A program made the position numbers and the translations under genes. Shown piece by piece: positions 50,761 through 64,000 of a stretch of 64,000 nt of DNA. This DNA comes from the human T2T-CHM13v2.0 reference genome, Homo sapiens, in NCBI RefSeq assembly GCF_009914755.1, contig NC_060941.1. One strand, written 5' to 3'. Within the stretch, counting starts at the first letter, position 1, and each line of letters opens with the position of its first letter. Below the pieces are notes generated by a model. It was given only the letters and a program-made list of their open reading frames with translations, had not been told where the DNA came from and made no database searches.

Positions 50761-51303
50761 GGTGGCAGCTCCGCACCTCAGCGCGACGGCCCCGGGAGCC
50801 GTAGCCGCCGCCGCCGGCCCCGCCGCCGCGCAGTCTTGAGCGCCGCCCGGGCCGCCCCCTGACAGGGCAGTCCCAGCGCCCGCCGCGCTCCCGCCGCCGT
50901 CACCGTCGCAGTAGCCGCGGGCCCGCCCGAGCCGGAGGCGGAGGGAGCGGAGCGGCCCCGCGCCCAGCCGTCCGCAGCTGCCACCGCCGCCGCCGCCGCC
51001 GCCTAGGACCCGGACCCCGCCGGAGCCGCATCCCGCCGGGCGTGAGGAGGAGGACGCGTCGCGGCGTTGCCGGGGCCGGACCTGGACCTGCCGGGACGCG
51101 CCGCCGCCCACTCGCCCGCGCCGCCGCCGCAGCCGCCGCCGCCGCCCGCGCCGGGACCTGAGTCCGTGGCGCCGGCGCTGAGCGGGCCCCCGCCGCCCGC
51201 GCACTCCCGAGGCCCTTGGGCGGTTGTTGGTGCCGCCGCCGCCGCCAGGCCCGCGCCACCGGAGCCCCGCGGAGCCGCCGCCGCCGCCGGGGACGGAGCC
51301 CAG
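50740..51303 (+). other. First (5'UTR) exon of an unidentified Pol II gene; TSS approximate
   Basis: GCC-rich segment downstream of promoter motifs ending at donor CAG|GTGAGC; composition becomes AT/T-rich intron-like afterwards; only one ATG (the uORF). Confidence 0.75.
50753..50839 (+). CDS. Putative upstream ORF, 28 aa MAAVAAPHLSATAPGAVAAAAGPAAAQS
   Basis: caagATGG strong Kozak context (A at -3, G at +4); TGA at 50837-50839; translation unproven. Confidence 0.45.
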   Translation: MAAVAAPHLSATAPGAVAAAAGPAAAQS

Positions 51304-53108
51304 GTGAGCGCGGCAGTCCGCCCGCTCCTCGCCGCAGCCGCAACTTTGCCGGGAGGTTCGCGGGCCCTTTGTTCGGCCGAGCCGAGCCGGGGCGGGCGCT
51401 GGCCCCTAGCGACCCGCGTGCGGCGCCAGGCCCCGGGCCGGCCGGGTTTGAGGGGAGCGGCGGGAAGCGGCCGGGGCCGGGGCGCGTGTGTGCTAGTGTG
51501 AGACGGGGCTGTGCAGACGCCCGGTGTGCATCACAATCAAACGGGAGTGGAATGGAGGGCTGAAGATGGATGTGCCCCCTCCCTTTTAAAACTCATGCAG
51601 CGGTGAAATTCGGTCCTTTCCGGGCAGCCCCCCGCAGATTTTGCACTGGTGATGGCAGGCGCGAACCCGCCGTGTTTTGGTGCAGGAGCCCGGTGCCGTT
51701 GTTTGGGGGAAGAGAAAAACCCGGGGCGTGCTGCGGGTGGGCGGAGAAGGACCCCTGGGCGCTCTGCGGCTCTGAAATCAGGTGGATTTTCTAACGGTGC
51801 TGCGGACTGCGGAGTAATGCGTATGAGGAAAACGAGCCGTACAACATCTGTCCTGTTATCAGATAACGTAACCCGAGCGCCTGGTTGCCGCCTCTGCTTT
51901 AAGCGGTGCCTCCTTTGCACCTTTACCTTGAGGACGAGATTTAATTAATTGATTCGTAGCTATGAAAATGTGCAGATGTGGATGTGGGGGTTCCCTGCCT
52001 GTTAACCTGGGGAAGAAATAACTGGCATGCATGTTACACGGAGCTTTGGGGATCTTAGCAAAAATGAAGGCTTGCTGCTTGGATGTTGTGCCGGGAGGTA
52101 GGGGAGGAGGAGCCGCTAGATCGTGGCTGCACCTATTGCATTCGAAGGCATTTGACGGTATTGGTGATTCTGCACGTAATTAGTGGAGTTGTCTCAAACC
52201 TTTGCCTCCGCCAAATGAAACCTCCATTTGAGTGGTCCGCTCGGTTATTTCTAGGCGTGAACTGCGGATTCTAAACTCAAAATGGTGCTCTGTAGATGTC
52301 CAACTTCAGCGTCTTTAAGGAGTTGCAAGTTGGAGCCTTCTGACTGGGTTAATCCATTGTGTAGCCGAGGTTCGGTTTTTCTCGAGTGTCTGGTGTTCAC
52401 GTTGACGTACTTCGGCCAGTACAAGGTAGCCAATTTATGGTGATCGCTGTGAGAGCCTCGTACGTCCCTGAATGTAATTTGAGCCTGCATAAGGCCTACT
52501 TTATGCAAGTGATTTCCTGCAGTTGGAATTGAATAACTATGCGAATGAGTTGAGACCCTGGAAACCTGGCTTGAGTGATTTCAGAGGACAGTGGTAGCTG
52601 GTTTGAAATGTGTAGGGGGTGTTGGCAATGATATTCATAGATTCCGGATTTCCTTCAGTACTGTATGAAAGAATAAATGATAAAACTTAGCCCCAGGCCA
52701 GATGAACTTGGTTAGTAGAGGGCACCTTGAAGAAATTTACATTGTTCCAGAACAGCAGAGGTGGCAATGGTCTTTGAGCATGTTTCACTGTAGCACCCCT
52801 AGGATGCTTTGTTGGGGGAAATAATGCAAAACAGGGTTTTTAAAATGACTAGTTCAGTTGTCGGAATTAATTTTGTGTGTATTAATAGAACAAAGTAATG
52901 ATGTGAACAGTTGTAACTTTACCTATACTGAAAGTTTTTTTTCTACAGAAAGTTTTTAATATTTATTTTCATAAGAATAGACATTCTTGGAAGCTGTTTT
53001 TCATACAGATTTCTCATGACCTGACCATAGGCATAGTCAGGCCGTGAGAAATTGATAGCTCAGAAAACGGTAATAGTAAACACACACACACACTCGTTTT
53101 TATTATAA

Positions 53109-53524
<416 letters not shown>

Positions 53525-56500
53525 TGATACTGAGACTGTCATAAGGTTTAATCTTAACAATTTCATTTCGGATTCTGCCATTTAAATATTCTGGTAGTAA
53601 CCTGGAGTATATGTAAGTGTTGGTTTTAGATTTTCGTCCTTCGTGTTTATTGCGGGGGGCGAGGGTGGGTTTCGAGTAGCATATGTCTTAACACTAACAT
53701 CATTTCGAAACAGGTTTACATTTATATTTAGTTGGCTTAGGAACTTTGGAGTAAATAGTTGCCTTTAGAATGCTGATTGTGAAGGTAGAGTGGAATGAAC
53801 TGTTTCGTTTGACATTCGGTGATTAAAAAATAACTAAGTCATACAGAGGATATATGAAACTAAATACAGTATTTTTCATCACCGCTACCGCCACCTTTTT
53901 GTTAAACAGCTGGCTTTCCTGAGATACATTTGTGCTTTTCCAAATGCTGTCATCTGGCTTACTTCCAAAACCAAGCCAGAGGAGGGTCAGGGCTGGAGTA
54001 GGACAACCTTTCTCCTTAATGAAGGGAGTTTCCAGTTTGGAAAGAAATGGAAGACACAGTTCCTGCAGTGCTGGCTGGGAATGAGGTATTTACATTACCT
54101 CTCCAACCCCAATTGAAGGGGATGAGGTCTTGATTGTAACTTAGTCTTGCTTGGCCCAGGAAAGTGATGCTAACTTGACATTTTTTAAAAAAGACTACTG
54201 ATGAAAGTTAATTGTTTGATTTGAGTATATAGAATATCTTTGGCATCGTAGAAGTTCACCAACAACCTTTTAAGATTGAAAAACCATTTAAAAGACTATT
54301 TGGGGGTCTTTTTGGCCTTCCCCAATAGGAATTGGAGCATTCGATTGCATGCTTATGCTTTGGATGACTGTTTATCTTTCAGTCAGGGTTTATTGTGCAA
54401 AGGTGATACTTAAGATTTTATAAGAAAGAAAATCGTTTGGCTGTGAACTCTAGGCTGTCCCGTATACCAAAGTAAAACACATGGGACAATTAAGATTTGG
54501 GGATAGAGCAAGCAAAGATTACCAAGAGCAACTGAAGCTGGTGGAGAAGGCACAAGAAATGGAGAGGAGGAGACAGGAACAGATTTATAGACGTCCTTGG
54601 AGCTGGCAGAAGGATAGGTTGAGGGAGCAGGAGGCGGAGTCCTGAACAGACTGAGCGTGAAAGGGTCTATATAAGCTGGGAAGAACCAGGTAACTTTATG
54701 TTTGTTTTGTTTTTGTTATCTTCCGTTGAACTTGTTTTGGCTTCTTTCTCATAATTTTAAGACATGGGTTTTTACCTTTTCTCCAGCTCTATCTCAGAGG
54801 GTCTTCAAATATTTTAGGTGAGAAGTAAGGAAATATTTTGAAGTGTTGGTGACACAGTCTTTGGTCTCTCTTGCATGACAACTGGTCCCAGTGAAGGTGA
54901 CTGGATTTTAGTTACTTTAGATAGTTAACATCTTAATATTTTGTTTGAAGATGTCATAGATTTGAGTAGGGACAGCAAAATATCAGGTGAGAAGTGGCTC
55001 CTATTTTGTAGGGGGTAGATTGTACAGGTTTTCTTGCTTTTACTCAGTCTATGGCTATCCAAATTTATACAAATGAGTTTTTAAATAATTGTGTGGTCAC
55101 GAGGAGAGCATTCTTTATAAAATGATATACAATAAGCTTTCTTTAAATAGACTTTAATGCAGTGGAGTCCATTTATAAATTTTCAGCTTATACATAACTT
55201 TTTAGGAATATAATTACTTAAAAATGTAAAGGTTACTTGTCAGAAATAACTATATAACCTTGTGCAGAAAGTGTATATCTGAAATTGAAACTGAGAAATG
55301 TATAATCTTAGCCAGTGAACTTGTTTGAATAACCCGATTAAAATAATGGTACAGTTTCCTATTGTACAGATCGTGCATTTGAAATGTTAATTTATTTAAT
55401 GAAAAGTAAATTATGTAATTTTAAAAAATCTCCACCTGGGATATATATAACAAGGTTTTACATGTTTAAAACATGCTGAAAATCCATATCGTTTGTTCCA
55501 TTTTTGGAGTTTTACTAAAAATGAATTCTTTTCTTAGCTTTAGATGTTTTCAGAGAATGAAGAAGCTATTGCAGGAATGGAGAGCTGTTTGTTAAGAATG
55601 CATTCCTCCTCTGTAGCCTTCAAAAGACTATAGAGCTGTGTGCAGAGCTAGACAATCTGGGCATCCAGCCATAAAACATCACTGCTGTAGCACAGATAGT
55701 TGTTCGCACTCTCCTGAGCCCTCTGTGGCTGCAAACCACAACAGAAGTAATGGTCTTGGGAAAGGAACACTCACTGTTATTTTGAACTCTTAATATTCTC
55801 TGTGTCTCTCTGAGTTCCAGCTATGCATTGGAACTTTGGTTTTCTAAAATATAGTAGTGATTAAGGATGAGCAATAATATAGCTTCTTAAGTATATTCCT
55901 CTTGTAAGCCAGTGGATTTAAATGTTTGCTCTAGGAAATAAGGGGTGTCTAGGAAATAAGAGTTGTCTGTCCCACCATCTTCCTCTTTATTTGCCTCTTT
56001 GTTGCAATACTTCTTTTCTGTTGGAGAACCACTGCCCTAAGACCCATATGATCACTGGGCCACACACAGTGCACATGGCCCAAAGAGTCATCTGGAATCT
56101 TCCAGATATTTTGTGGGATGGATTGGTCTAATTTGGCCCAGTTTCCACTTTCTCATGAACCTTTTTGGCATAACAAATTTTTAATTTTTTTGCACAAAAA
56201 TGAAGAAGAGTGTGACTGGCATCTATTTGTATAAATCCAAATGGTTTACTCTGAAGACCCTCTCTGTTTTTCTTCTTCAGACCATTTTAGAAATTAATAC
56301 TCTATTGTATCTTTATAACTTCCTTCTCTGAAGGATTGAACTACAAACCTATAGTATCACAGTGTCAAGTTGAATTATTCTCAGCAGTTGGATAACTCTT
56401 GTCTGTGGTTGAGTCCTTTACTAATGTGCAGACTGTCTTTTGACGTGGCTAATACCAGATGCAAGTTGGTGCCCAGGTGGTTATTGGGAATATGTGCTTT

Positions 56501-57079
56501 GTTTGATTCATTTTATGTGTGCCTTCTAGCTTATTAAGAATAAGATCTCTCACAGCTAAAATCAAGTGCTTGGTTTGAGCCTGGCAAAGATATTGTTTAC
56601 TTTTTTATTCCCAAAGATCATTTTTTTTTAATTACTCTTTTAGGAAGCAGGGAAAATCTCAGTGAAAATAGCAACTGGGAATTAAACTAAGATCTGAAAC
56701 TGGGAAATGGCAACGCGGGCACAGGTGTCACCTTTCCAACTGTTGTTGAGATGATGTGGACAACGGTTATTCAGAAATTACAGTGGGGAGGAGGGAGATG
56801 CACAAGTATTTTTTCTCATACTCCATATGAAATATGAAGTGCAGAGTGAGGGGCCCAGAGTGTAGGGAGGGAATTTAATAGGCTTTGTTCTTCAGGGGGC
56901 TATGGCTGATGTCTTAAACAAGGTCTTTTTTGGTAGGGAGGCACAGTAAGGGAAGAAGGTGATGGATTTGTGGGAACAAGTACATTTGAGTCACTGAGGA
57001 CAATTGGGAATTGTGAAGTGGGAGTGGACGAGGTTAGAAAGCATCCTTAGGTAACCAGATCTCCATTTAAAACTAATCT

Positions 57080-57570
57080 GAGCATTTACAATGTGATTAT
57101 GTGCCAAGGACATGAGTTTATCTTATTTAATCCTCACAACACTCCTGTGAAGTGGTTGCTTTTAACATTCCCATTTTACAGATGAGCAAAGGGAGTAATT
57201 TCCACAAGATCCTATAGCTTATAGGAGATGAAGCCAGAATTTAAACTCAATACACTTCAAAGCCCTCACATATGGAAAAAGCTTGGATTATTTTAATAGC
57301 TGCTTAATGAGTCTCTTCCTCTGTTCTGTGTCCTGCTATCCAGCTGCCAATATTAACTGACTGCCTTCTGAGCACTTTGTGTGTATGATCTCATTCATTT
57401 CTCCTCAGCAGCTTATAAGTTAGGAGCTGTGATTATATTCACTTTATACATGGAAGCTGAAACTGATGGAAGTTGAATAATTTGCCCCAAATCAGAGCCT
57501 TAATAAATGTGTCTAGGTCCTTGGAAGCCAGAGCTTGAGCTCTTTATCATTCCGCTGTGCTGCCTTCTGA
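57080..57570 (-). mobile_element. Two MIR relics
   Basis: atttaatcctcacaac..cccattttacagatgag; tcattcatttctcctcagcagc..aatttgcccc. Confidence 0.75.
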
Positions 57571-60051
57571 AGCCTGAGCCTGATTACATCATTCCTTCCA
57601 CAAAACCTTTATGTCTTCCCTGTGCAGCGGCCACAGGGGAAGGACATCAACTTCTTCCTGCCCTCCTGGAGCTGTCTTACTAGTATAGTGAGAGAAATGG
57701 GCACCAAACAAGTTGTTAAAAAAAGAGAGAAAGCAATACATGTGAAGAACGCCACATACACATATTAAAAAGTTGACAAAAACCTAAGGTAATAGATCAT
57801 TATATAGCTGTATACTGGATCTCCTCTCTTAAGGACGCATGTCAAAATTTTGGATGCTCTGAGAACTCCAGCAGTGAAAGAAATATGTTTACCTTTATTG
57901 GCCCAGTATTTCCCAAACTTATGTGGCCATTGAACATTGTTTTCCCTTCATACCACTTTTTAGTTCAGTGGGACTGACTTTAACAAATTCAGAAAGGAAG
58001 AGTGCCTGGTCATCCCCAGAGAGGGCCTGTGGGCTGCAGTGGTTAGGCAAGACTTCACTTGAAATGAGTTCTGAAAGGCTGGCAAAGCTTGGTTGGATGA
58101 AAGGGATATTCTACAAGGAGACGAATGGGCAAGCCATGTTTGGAAATATTTTGTAAAGCGCGTAACATAATGGCTGAGACATAGTAGGGACGGGATATAG
58201 TTATTGACTGGATGAGTGCAGAGGCCTAGCTGTAAATGGAGGTTCTGTGTTGGCAATAAGGTTTAGAAGGGGCTCTATCAGGTGGAACCTCTAGTTGTTG
58301 GCTCCTTAGGAACCGTTGGTGGCTGTTGGTGGGCATGACATGAATCAGGTGTTGGATTAGAATCTTCCTTGAGCAGAGGTATGGTGTTAAAACTGGCTGT
58401 TGTAGCTGTCTGTGCAAGGTGATGCCTACATACTGGTAGGGTCAAACTGAAAAGCTGTTACAAAGAATCAGCAGGATAAAATAATACAAAATGATTGACG
58501 TGGGTTGTTGGAAAGAATGAGTTCTAAGAGGCATAGGGTACTTACTGCTCTTCCTAGAATCTGCCACAGAGGCTTTAAATTAATGAAGCTAATATTAAGA
58601 TATTTGGTTAAATACACATAGTACATTCTTTTTAGATGCTGATGGGGAAAGATGACACACAAGATAGTAGTTTTAGGCGAGTTTATTGTATGAGGTTGTG
58701 TTCTGCAGTAGAGATTTGACTCACAGCATAAATCCAAGTATGTGATGAGCCATGTAATAATAGACGTCTGCTGTTAATTATGGTGGATACTCTCAATGAA
58801 ATCAGATTTTCTTAGGGCCATACCCATAAAAAAATTCTTGACCTAGATCTTATATAACAGTCCCAGGTATATAGTAAATTTTATGCATATGGAATGTTGA
58901 CAGGAAAGAAGAGAAAACAAAAATCTTTAATGTTTCAAGGAAGCATAAGATCAAATCATTACATAAATAGAATAGCAGCATTAGTAATTGTGTTGAAGTT
59001 ACTAGAATTTTTAAATTTTAGGTAAACTTAAGAGATTCCTTAAACTTAAGGAATAATAGATTCTTTTTTACTCCTGTAGAGTGGGGAAACTTTAAAACAG
59101 ATAAAAATATTTTTTATTTTATCAGTCAGGTGATGAATGAGGATCTTAGCCACTGTTGGACTTTTGTGTATATGTAGTGTGGCATTTAATTGAGCATTGT
59201 TATTTATTCTTTTCTATCAACTTTAGACTTTAAATTTCAGCACATTTCCTTGCAGATTAATGCTTTGCAAAAAAAACTTCATTATCATGATAATTTCTTA
59301 AGATTTGAGTTACTTATTAGCAGGGATAATAACATGTTCATCTTTGTAATCCCTACATCGTCTATAGTATTTTGAAGATATTTAGATAACAATCATCTGT
59401 TTCTTCAGAGATATTGCTTCCACAAGTCATGCGGGGGGGGGAGAGAAGATTGATAATTGAACATGTTTCTTCGGTTTTTAATCTTTTAGAATAACGATCA
59501 ACTGTGTTTTCAACTAGTAAGCCTGGTACGTGGGGCTGTATCTGCAGATTTGAGGGGAATTGGGAAGCTGACAGGTGAGGAACAGTCATCATAGGGGCTC
59601 CCTGCACTACTGTTTTCTGTAGGGTACCTGAAGGAGTGGCTAGTTCCTTTTCCTGAGGCCTCTGGGCACTGCCAATAAGTGCCACTGACCCAATCATGAA
59701 AAAACAATGTGTGACGCTTCTCATGCACAACAAAATTGTAGGTATGATAGATCAATTACAAGGTAATTCCTGGCTTGTCTTTCACAGATTTGATGATGGT
59801 CTTTAGATACTAGCCCATTGGAAAAATGAGTGTTATGACTAATGAGATTATTCTGGCCAAGCCAGAATGTCTGGTTAGCATTATTCTGGATAGACTTATA
59901 TCCCGCCCTCCTTTAGGGAAAACTCTCTGGAAATAAGAGGATTTTTAAAAAGAGATTGTCAGTATTCTTTTTCTTGAAATCAATTTATGTTTACTCATAA
60001 TTTCAGTACTCCTTTAAAGGTTACTTTATAAAAATTTGAGATGTAGTTATT

Positions 60052-60674
<623 letters not shown>

Positions 60675-61270
60675 CGAGATGTAGTTATTTAAATAGCTTA
60701 TGCACATGCCTATTTAGCCTTGGATGGCAGAATTTTGATTGGGTAGATCTTAAGTCTTCAGAAAATGGTTTGTTCTCTTTAACTTGTGATTTTCCAACTA
60801 AATCTTAAATTAGTGAACGTGAGTTTAAAAATTCAGCCTTTAGGAACACTCACAAAAGTTCTCATTAGTTTCTCTTACTTTTTATTTGTCTTTCCCACAA
60901 CCTTTCCCCCCTGTTTTCCCACTTGCCCTCCTGAAACTGCACTTGAGAGTTGGGAGTAGAGAGAGACCTGGTTTGAGGCAACAGGGTGAACACAGCGTTC
61001 TTTCATTCTGTGTACTGTTGTGACGCTAAGCCTGTTAGCGTTGAGATACCAGCCCACAGCTGGTGAAAGGATTCCAGACTTCATACTGGCAGTTTATTGA
61101 GTGCCTACCATGTGCCAAGTACAGAGCACTTAATATGTTATTTCATTTATTCTCCTTAATAAGAGGAGAACACTGAGGCACTCTGAAGAAGCCAGGTCAC
61201 CTAATTCCATTGGCTGTGCTCCTCACCGCTCTATTGCACTACCTCATTCAGACTGACTGAGGTAGTATAA

Positions 61271-61604
<334 letters not shown>

Positions 61605-62041
61605 TGAGAGATCTTTGGGACCTCAAATTTGATCTGTGGCATCTGACCTATTAAGAGAAAACTAACGTTTATGTGTTTATAAGAATCGTTATTTATACTT
61701 GAAAAGCCTGATGTTCTTTTCTCTCTGATTTCTAACTCTGGCATCTAGAATGGAGTGTAGGCAGCAGTGTGCCTGGGAGACAAGCAGAGATCTCACGGAT
61801 TCCTTTATTTTTCCTGCCATAGCAGCAAATTTTCCTTGGAGCACTATTTGAAAATTAACATTACTGAAAAAATTAAGCCCACTTAAAGGGACTCTAGTTT
61901 TTATCTAAATTATAAAAGGTGAGAAGACAGTTCTGAAAAAAATGTATCACCTTGAAACTAGAATGCTTTAGTTAATGGGGTAAGCTAGAAGTAAGCTGCC
62001 TTTGATAACTCATGTAAGAGCAGCATATGAATGGATGATAA

Positions 62042-62521
<480 letters not shown>

Positions 62522-62604
62522 GCTGCTTTACTTTGATATCACAATTTTCAGGAGAGATATATGTTAAATGACTGAGACTGGTATAGAGTCATATGGGTAT
62601 AGAC

Positions 62605-62818
62605 CAAGCTTGCCCAACCTGCAGCCCGGGATAGCTTTGAATGCGGCCCAAAACAAATTAATAAACTTTCTTAAAATACTATGAGATTTGTGTGTGTGTG
62701 TGTGTATGTGTGTGTTTAAGCTCATCAGTTATTAATGTTAGTGTATTTTATGTGTGGCCCAAGACAATTCTTCTTCTTCCAAGGTGGCCCAGGGAAGTCA
62801 AAAGATTGGACACCCCTG
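62605..62818 (-). mobile_element. MER30 hAT DNA transposon with internal (TG)n
   Basis: Minus strand CAGGGGTGTCCAATCTTTTG...; 8-bp TSD GTATAGAY at 62597-62604 and 62819-62826. Confidence 0.88.
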
Positions 62819-62845
62819 GTATAGATAAAAGCAGGTAATTGGCCT

Positions 62846-63060
62846 AGCCTGGGCGACACAGCAAGACCCTTGTCTTTTAAAACATGAAAAAATTAGCTGA
62901 GCATGGTGGCACATACCTGTAGTCCTAGCTACTCAGGAGGCTGAGGTGGGAGGATCACTTGAGCTGTGGAGTTCAAGGTTACAGTGAGCTACGATCCTGC
63001 CACTACACTTTGGCATGGGTGATAGACCTTGTCTCAGAAAAAAAAAGAAAGAAAAGAAAA
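62846..63060 (+). mobile_element. 5'-truncated AluJ
   Basis: Starts agcctgggcgacac; right arm plus A-tail. Confidence 0.85.
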
Positions 63061-63329
63061 AAGTAGGTGGGGGGTATAAAATTCTTGTTTTAGTAACACG
63101 GGCAATGTAAAGATGTTATAATTTTAGTAAAGATATATGAAATAAGCCTCACATATCCATATTGTAAAATGTCTATCTGAGACCCAAGTCTCTGGAATTT
63201 GTTATCTAAATTAATCTATTAGTGGTATCATTAACACATGCATTAGTTACAGGTGTCTTGTAATAACATTTATTTCACACCTTGGGTGATAAAGTGCTTG
63301 AATTGGTTTCTGTCTTTGCCAGATCAAAT

Positions 63330-64000
63330 TCTAAATTTCCTAAAATAGCTAACATGAAACCAGTCTCCTTTATGAACCCTTCTCTGACTTCTCTCATGAT
63401 AAACTTTCTCTTCTCTATTCATTCCTTTGGTCATCTCATTCAGTCCTGTGACATTAAATACCACATACGCACTGAAGACACCAACCTAGACTGCTCCCCA
63501 GACTCAATATTTCCATATCCAGTTGCCTGTTCCACATCTTGATGGCTTTTTAATGGGCATTTCCACTGAACAGATCCAGAACTGCACCCCTGTTCTTGCC
63601 CCAAAATAACCTCAGGAGGTTATTTTGTCTTCACTGATGAATTCTGTCAAACATAGAACTAATATCGAGCCTTCACAAACATTTCCAGAGATTAAAATCT
63701 GCTCTGCTTGCATTCCTTCCCACTCACTGAAAAGCACTGCCATCCTTCCAGTTGCTCCACTCAAAAACTTTGGAGTCCCCATTGACTTCTCTCTTTCACT
63801 CCATGTATGTCCATCAGAAATTAAGTAAGAGATTTCTGAATAACCCATAGGTTAAAGAAGAGCTCACAAGGGAAAATTAGAAGATATTTTTAAGTGAGTT
63901 AAAAAAAAAAAAAAGAACATGTCAAAATTGACATGATGCAACTAAACTGTACTAGGAGAGAAATGTATAGCTTTAAATGTATTAAATATGTATTAGAAAA
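63330..64000 (+). mobile_element. L2 relic (~63330-63815) followed by an old L1M ORF2 fragment (~63815-64000)
   Basis: ccatccttccagttgctc..ctttggagtc; ttctgaataacccatagg..aaatgtatagctttaaatg. Confidence 0.7.

Larger units (their letters stand above)
49840..51900. promoter_or_regulatory. CpG island / housekeeping-type promoter
   Basis: About 2 kb of very high GC and undepleted CpG with no interspersed repeats. Confidence 0.97.

Noticed and set aside
49816-50862. Long overlapping ORFs (242, 268 and 154 aa) across the CpG island
   Set aside because: Expected from stop-codon scarcity at very high GC; they occur in many frames on both strands and have low-complexity Arg/Pro/Ala/Gly content
50740-51303. 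Assigning a gene name to the CpG-island gene
   Set aside because: No coding exon lies in the window. Genes with long non-coding GC-rich first exons (e.g. USP9X, EIF4G3) came to mind, but I cannot verify any from the sequence; a BLAT search would settle it.
55930-55969. 18-nt tandem duplication tctaggaaataag x2
   Set aside because: Ordinary slippage duplication with no further structure

Overview
Primate (human-like) euchromatic genomic DNA. No protein-coding exon of a cellular gene is recognisable. Bases 1-49.8 kb are repeat-dense intergenic sequence: about 35 Alu copies across the window, a 5'-truncated L1PA with a dead ORF2, three shorter L1 3' ends, solo LTRs (LTR7B/HERV-H, MER4E-like, MER83/MER50-like, several MLT1/MLT2), MER5A/MER30, MIR and L2 relics, an orphan HERV-H internal fragment and a full-length U1 snRNA pseudogene. 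Bases ~49.8-51.9 kb are a strong CpG-island promoter (CCAAT x2, E-box, ETS, GC box, YY1/TISU). It is followed by a long GC-rich first exon on the + strand (donor CAG|GTGAGC at 51303) and an AT-rich first intron running to the window end. The gene cannot be named from this sequence alone. I see no convincing new biological system. The observations most worth following up are the translational architecture of exon 1 (a strong-context 28-aa uORF plus an 86-codon AUG-less frame open into the donor), a probable spliced divergent transcript, and several unusual retrotransposition scars with visible target-site duplications (TSDs). Repeat subfamily names come from recalled consensus sequences and were not computed. 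Boundaries without TSDs are approximate.
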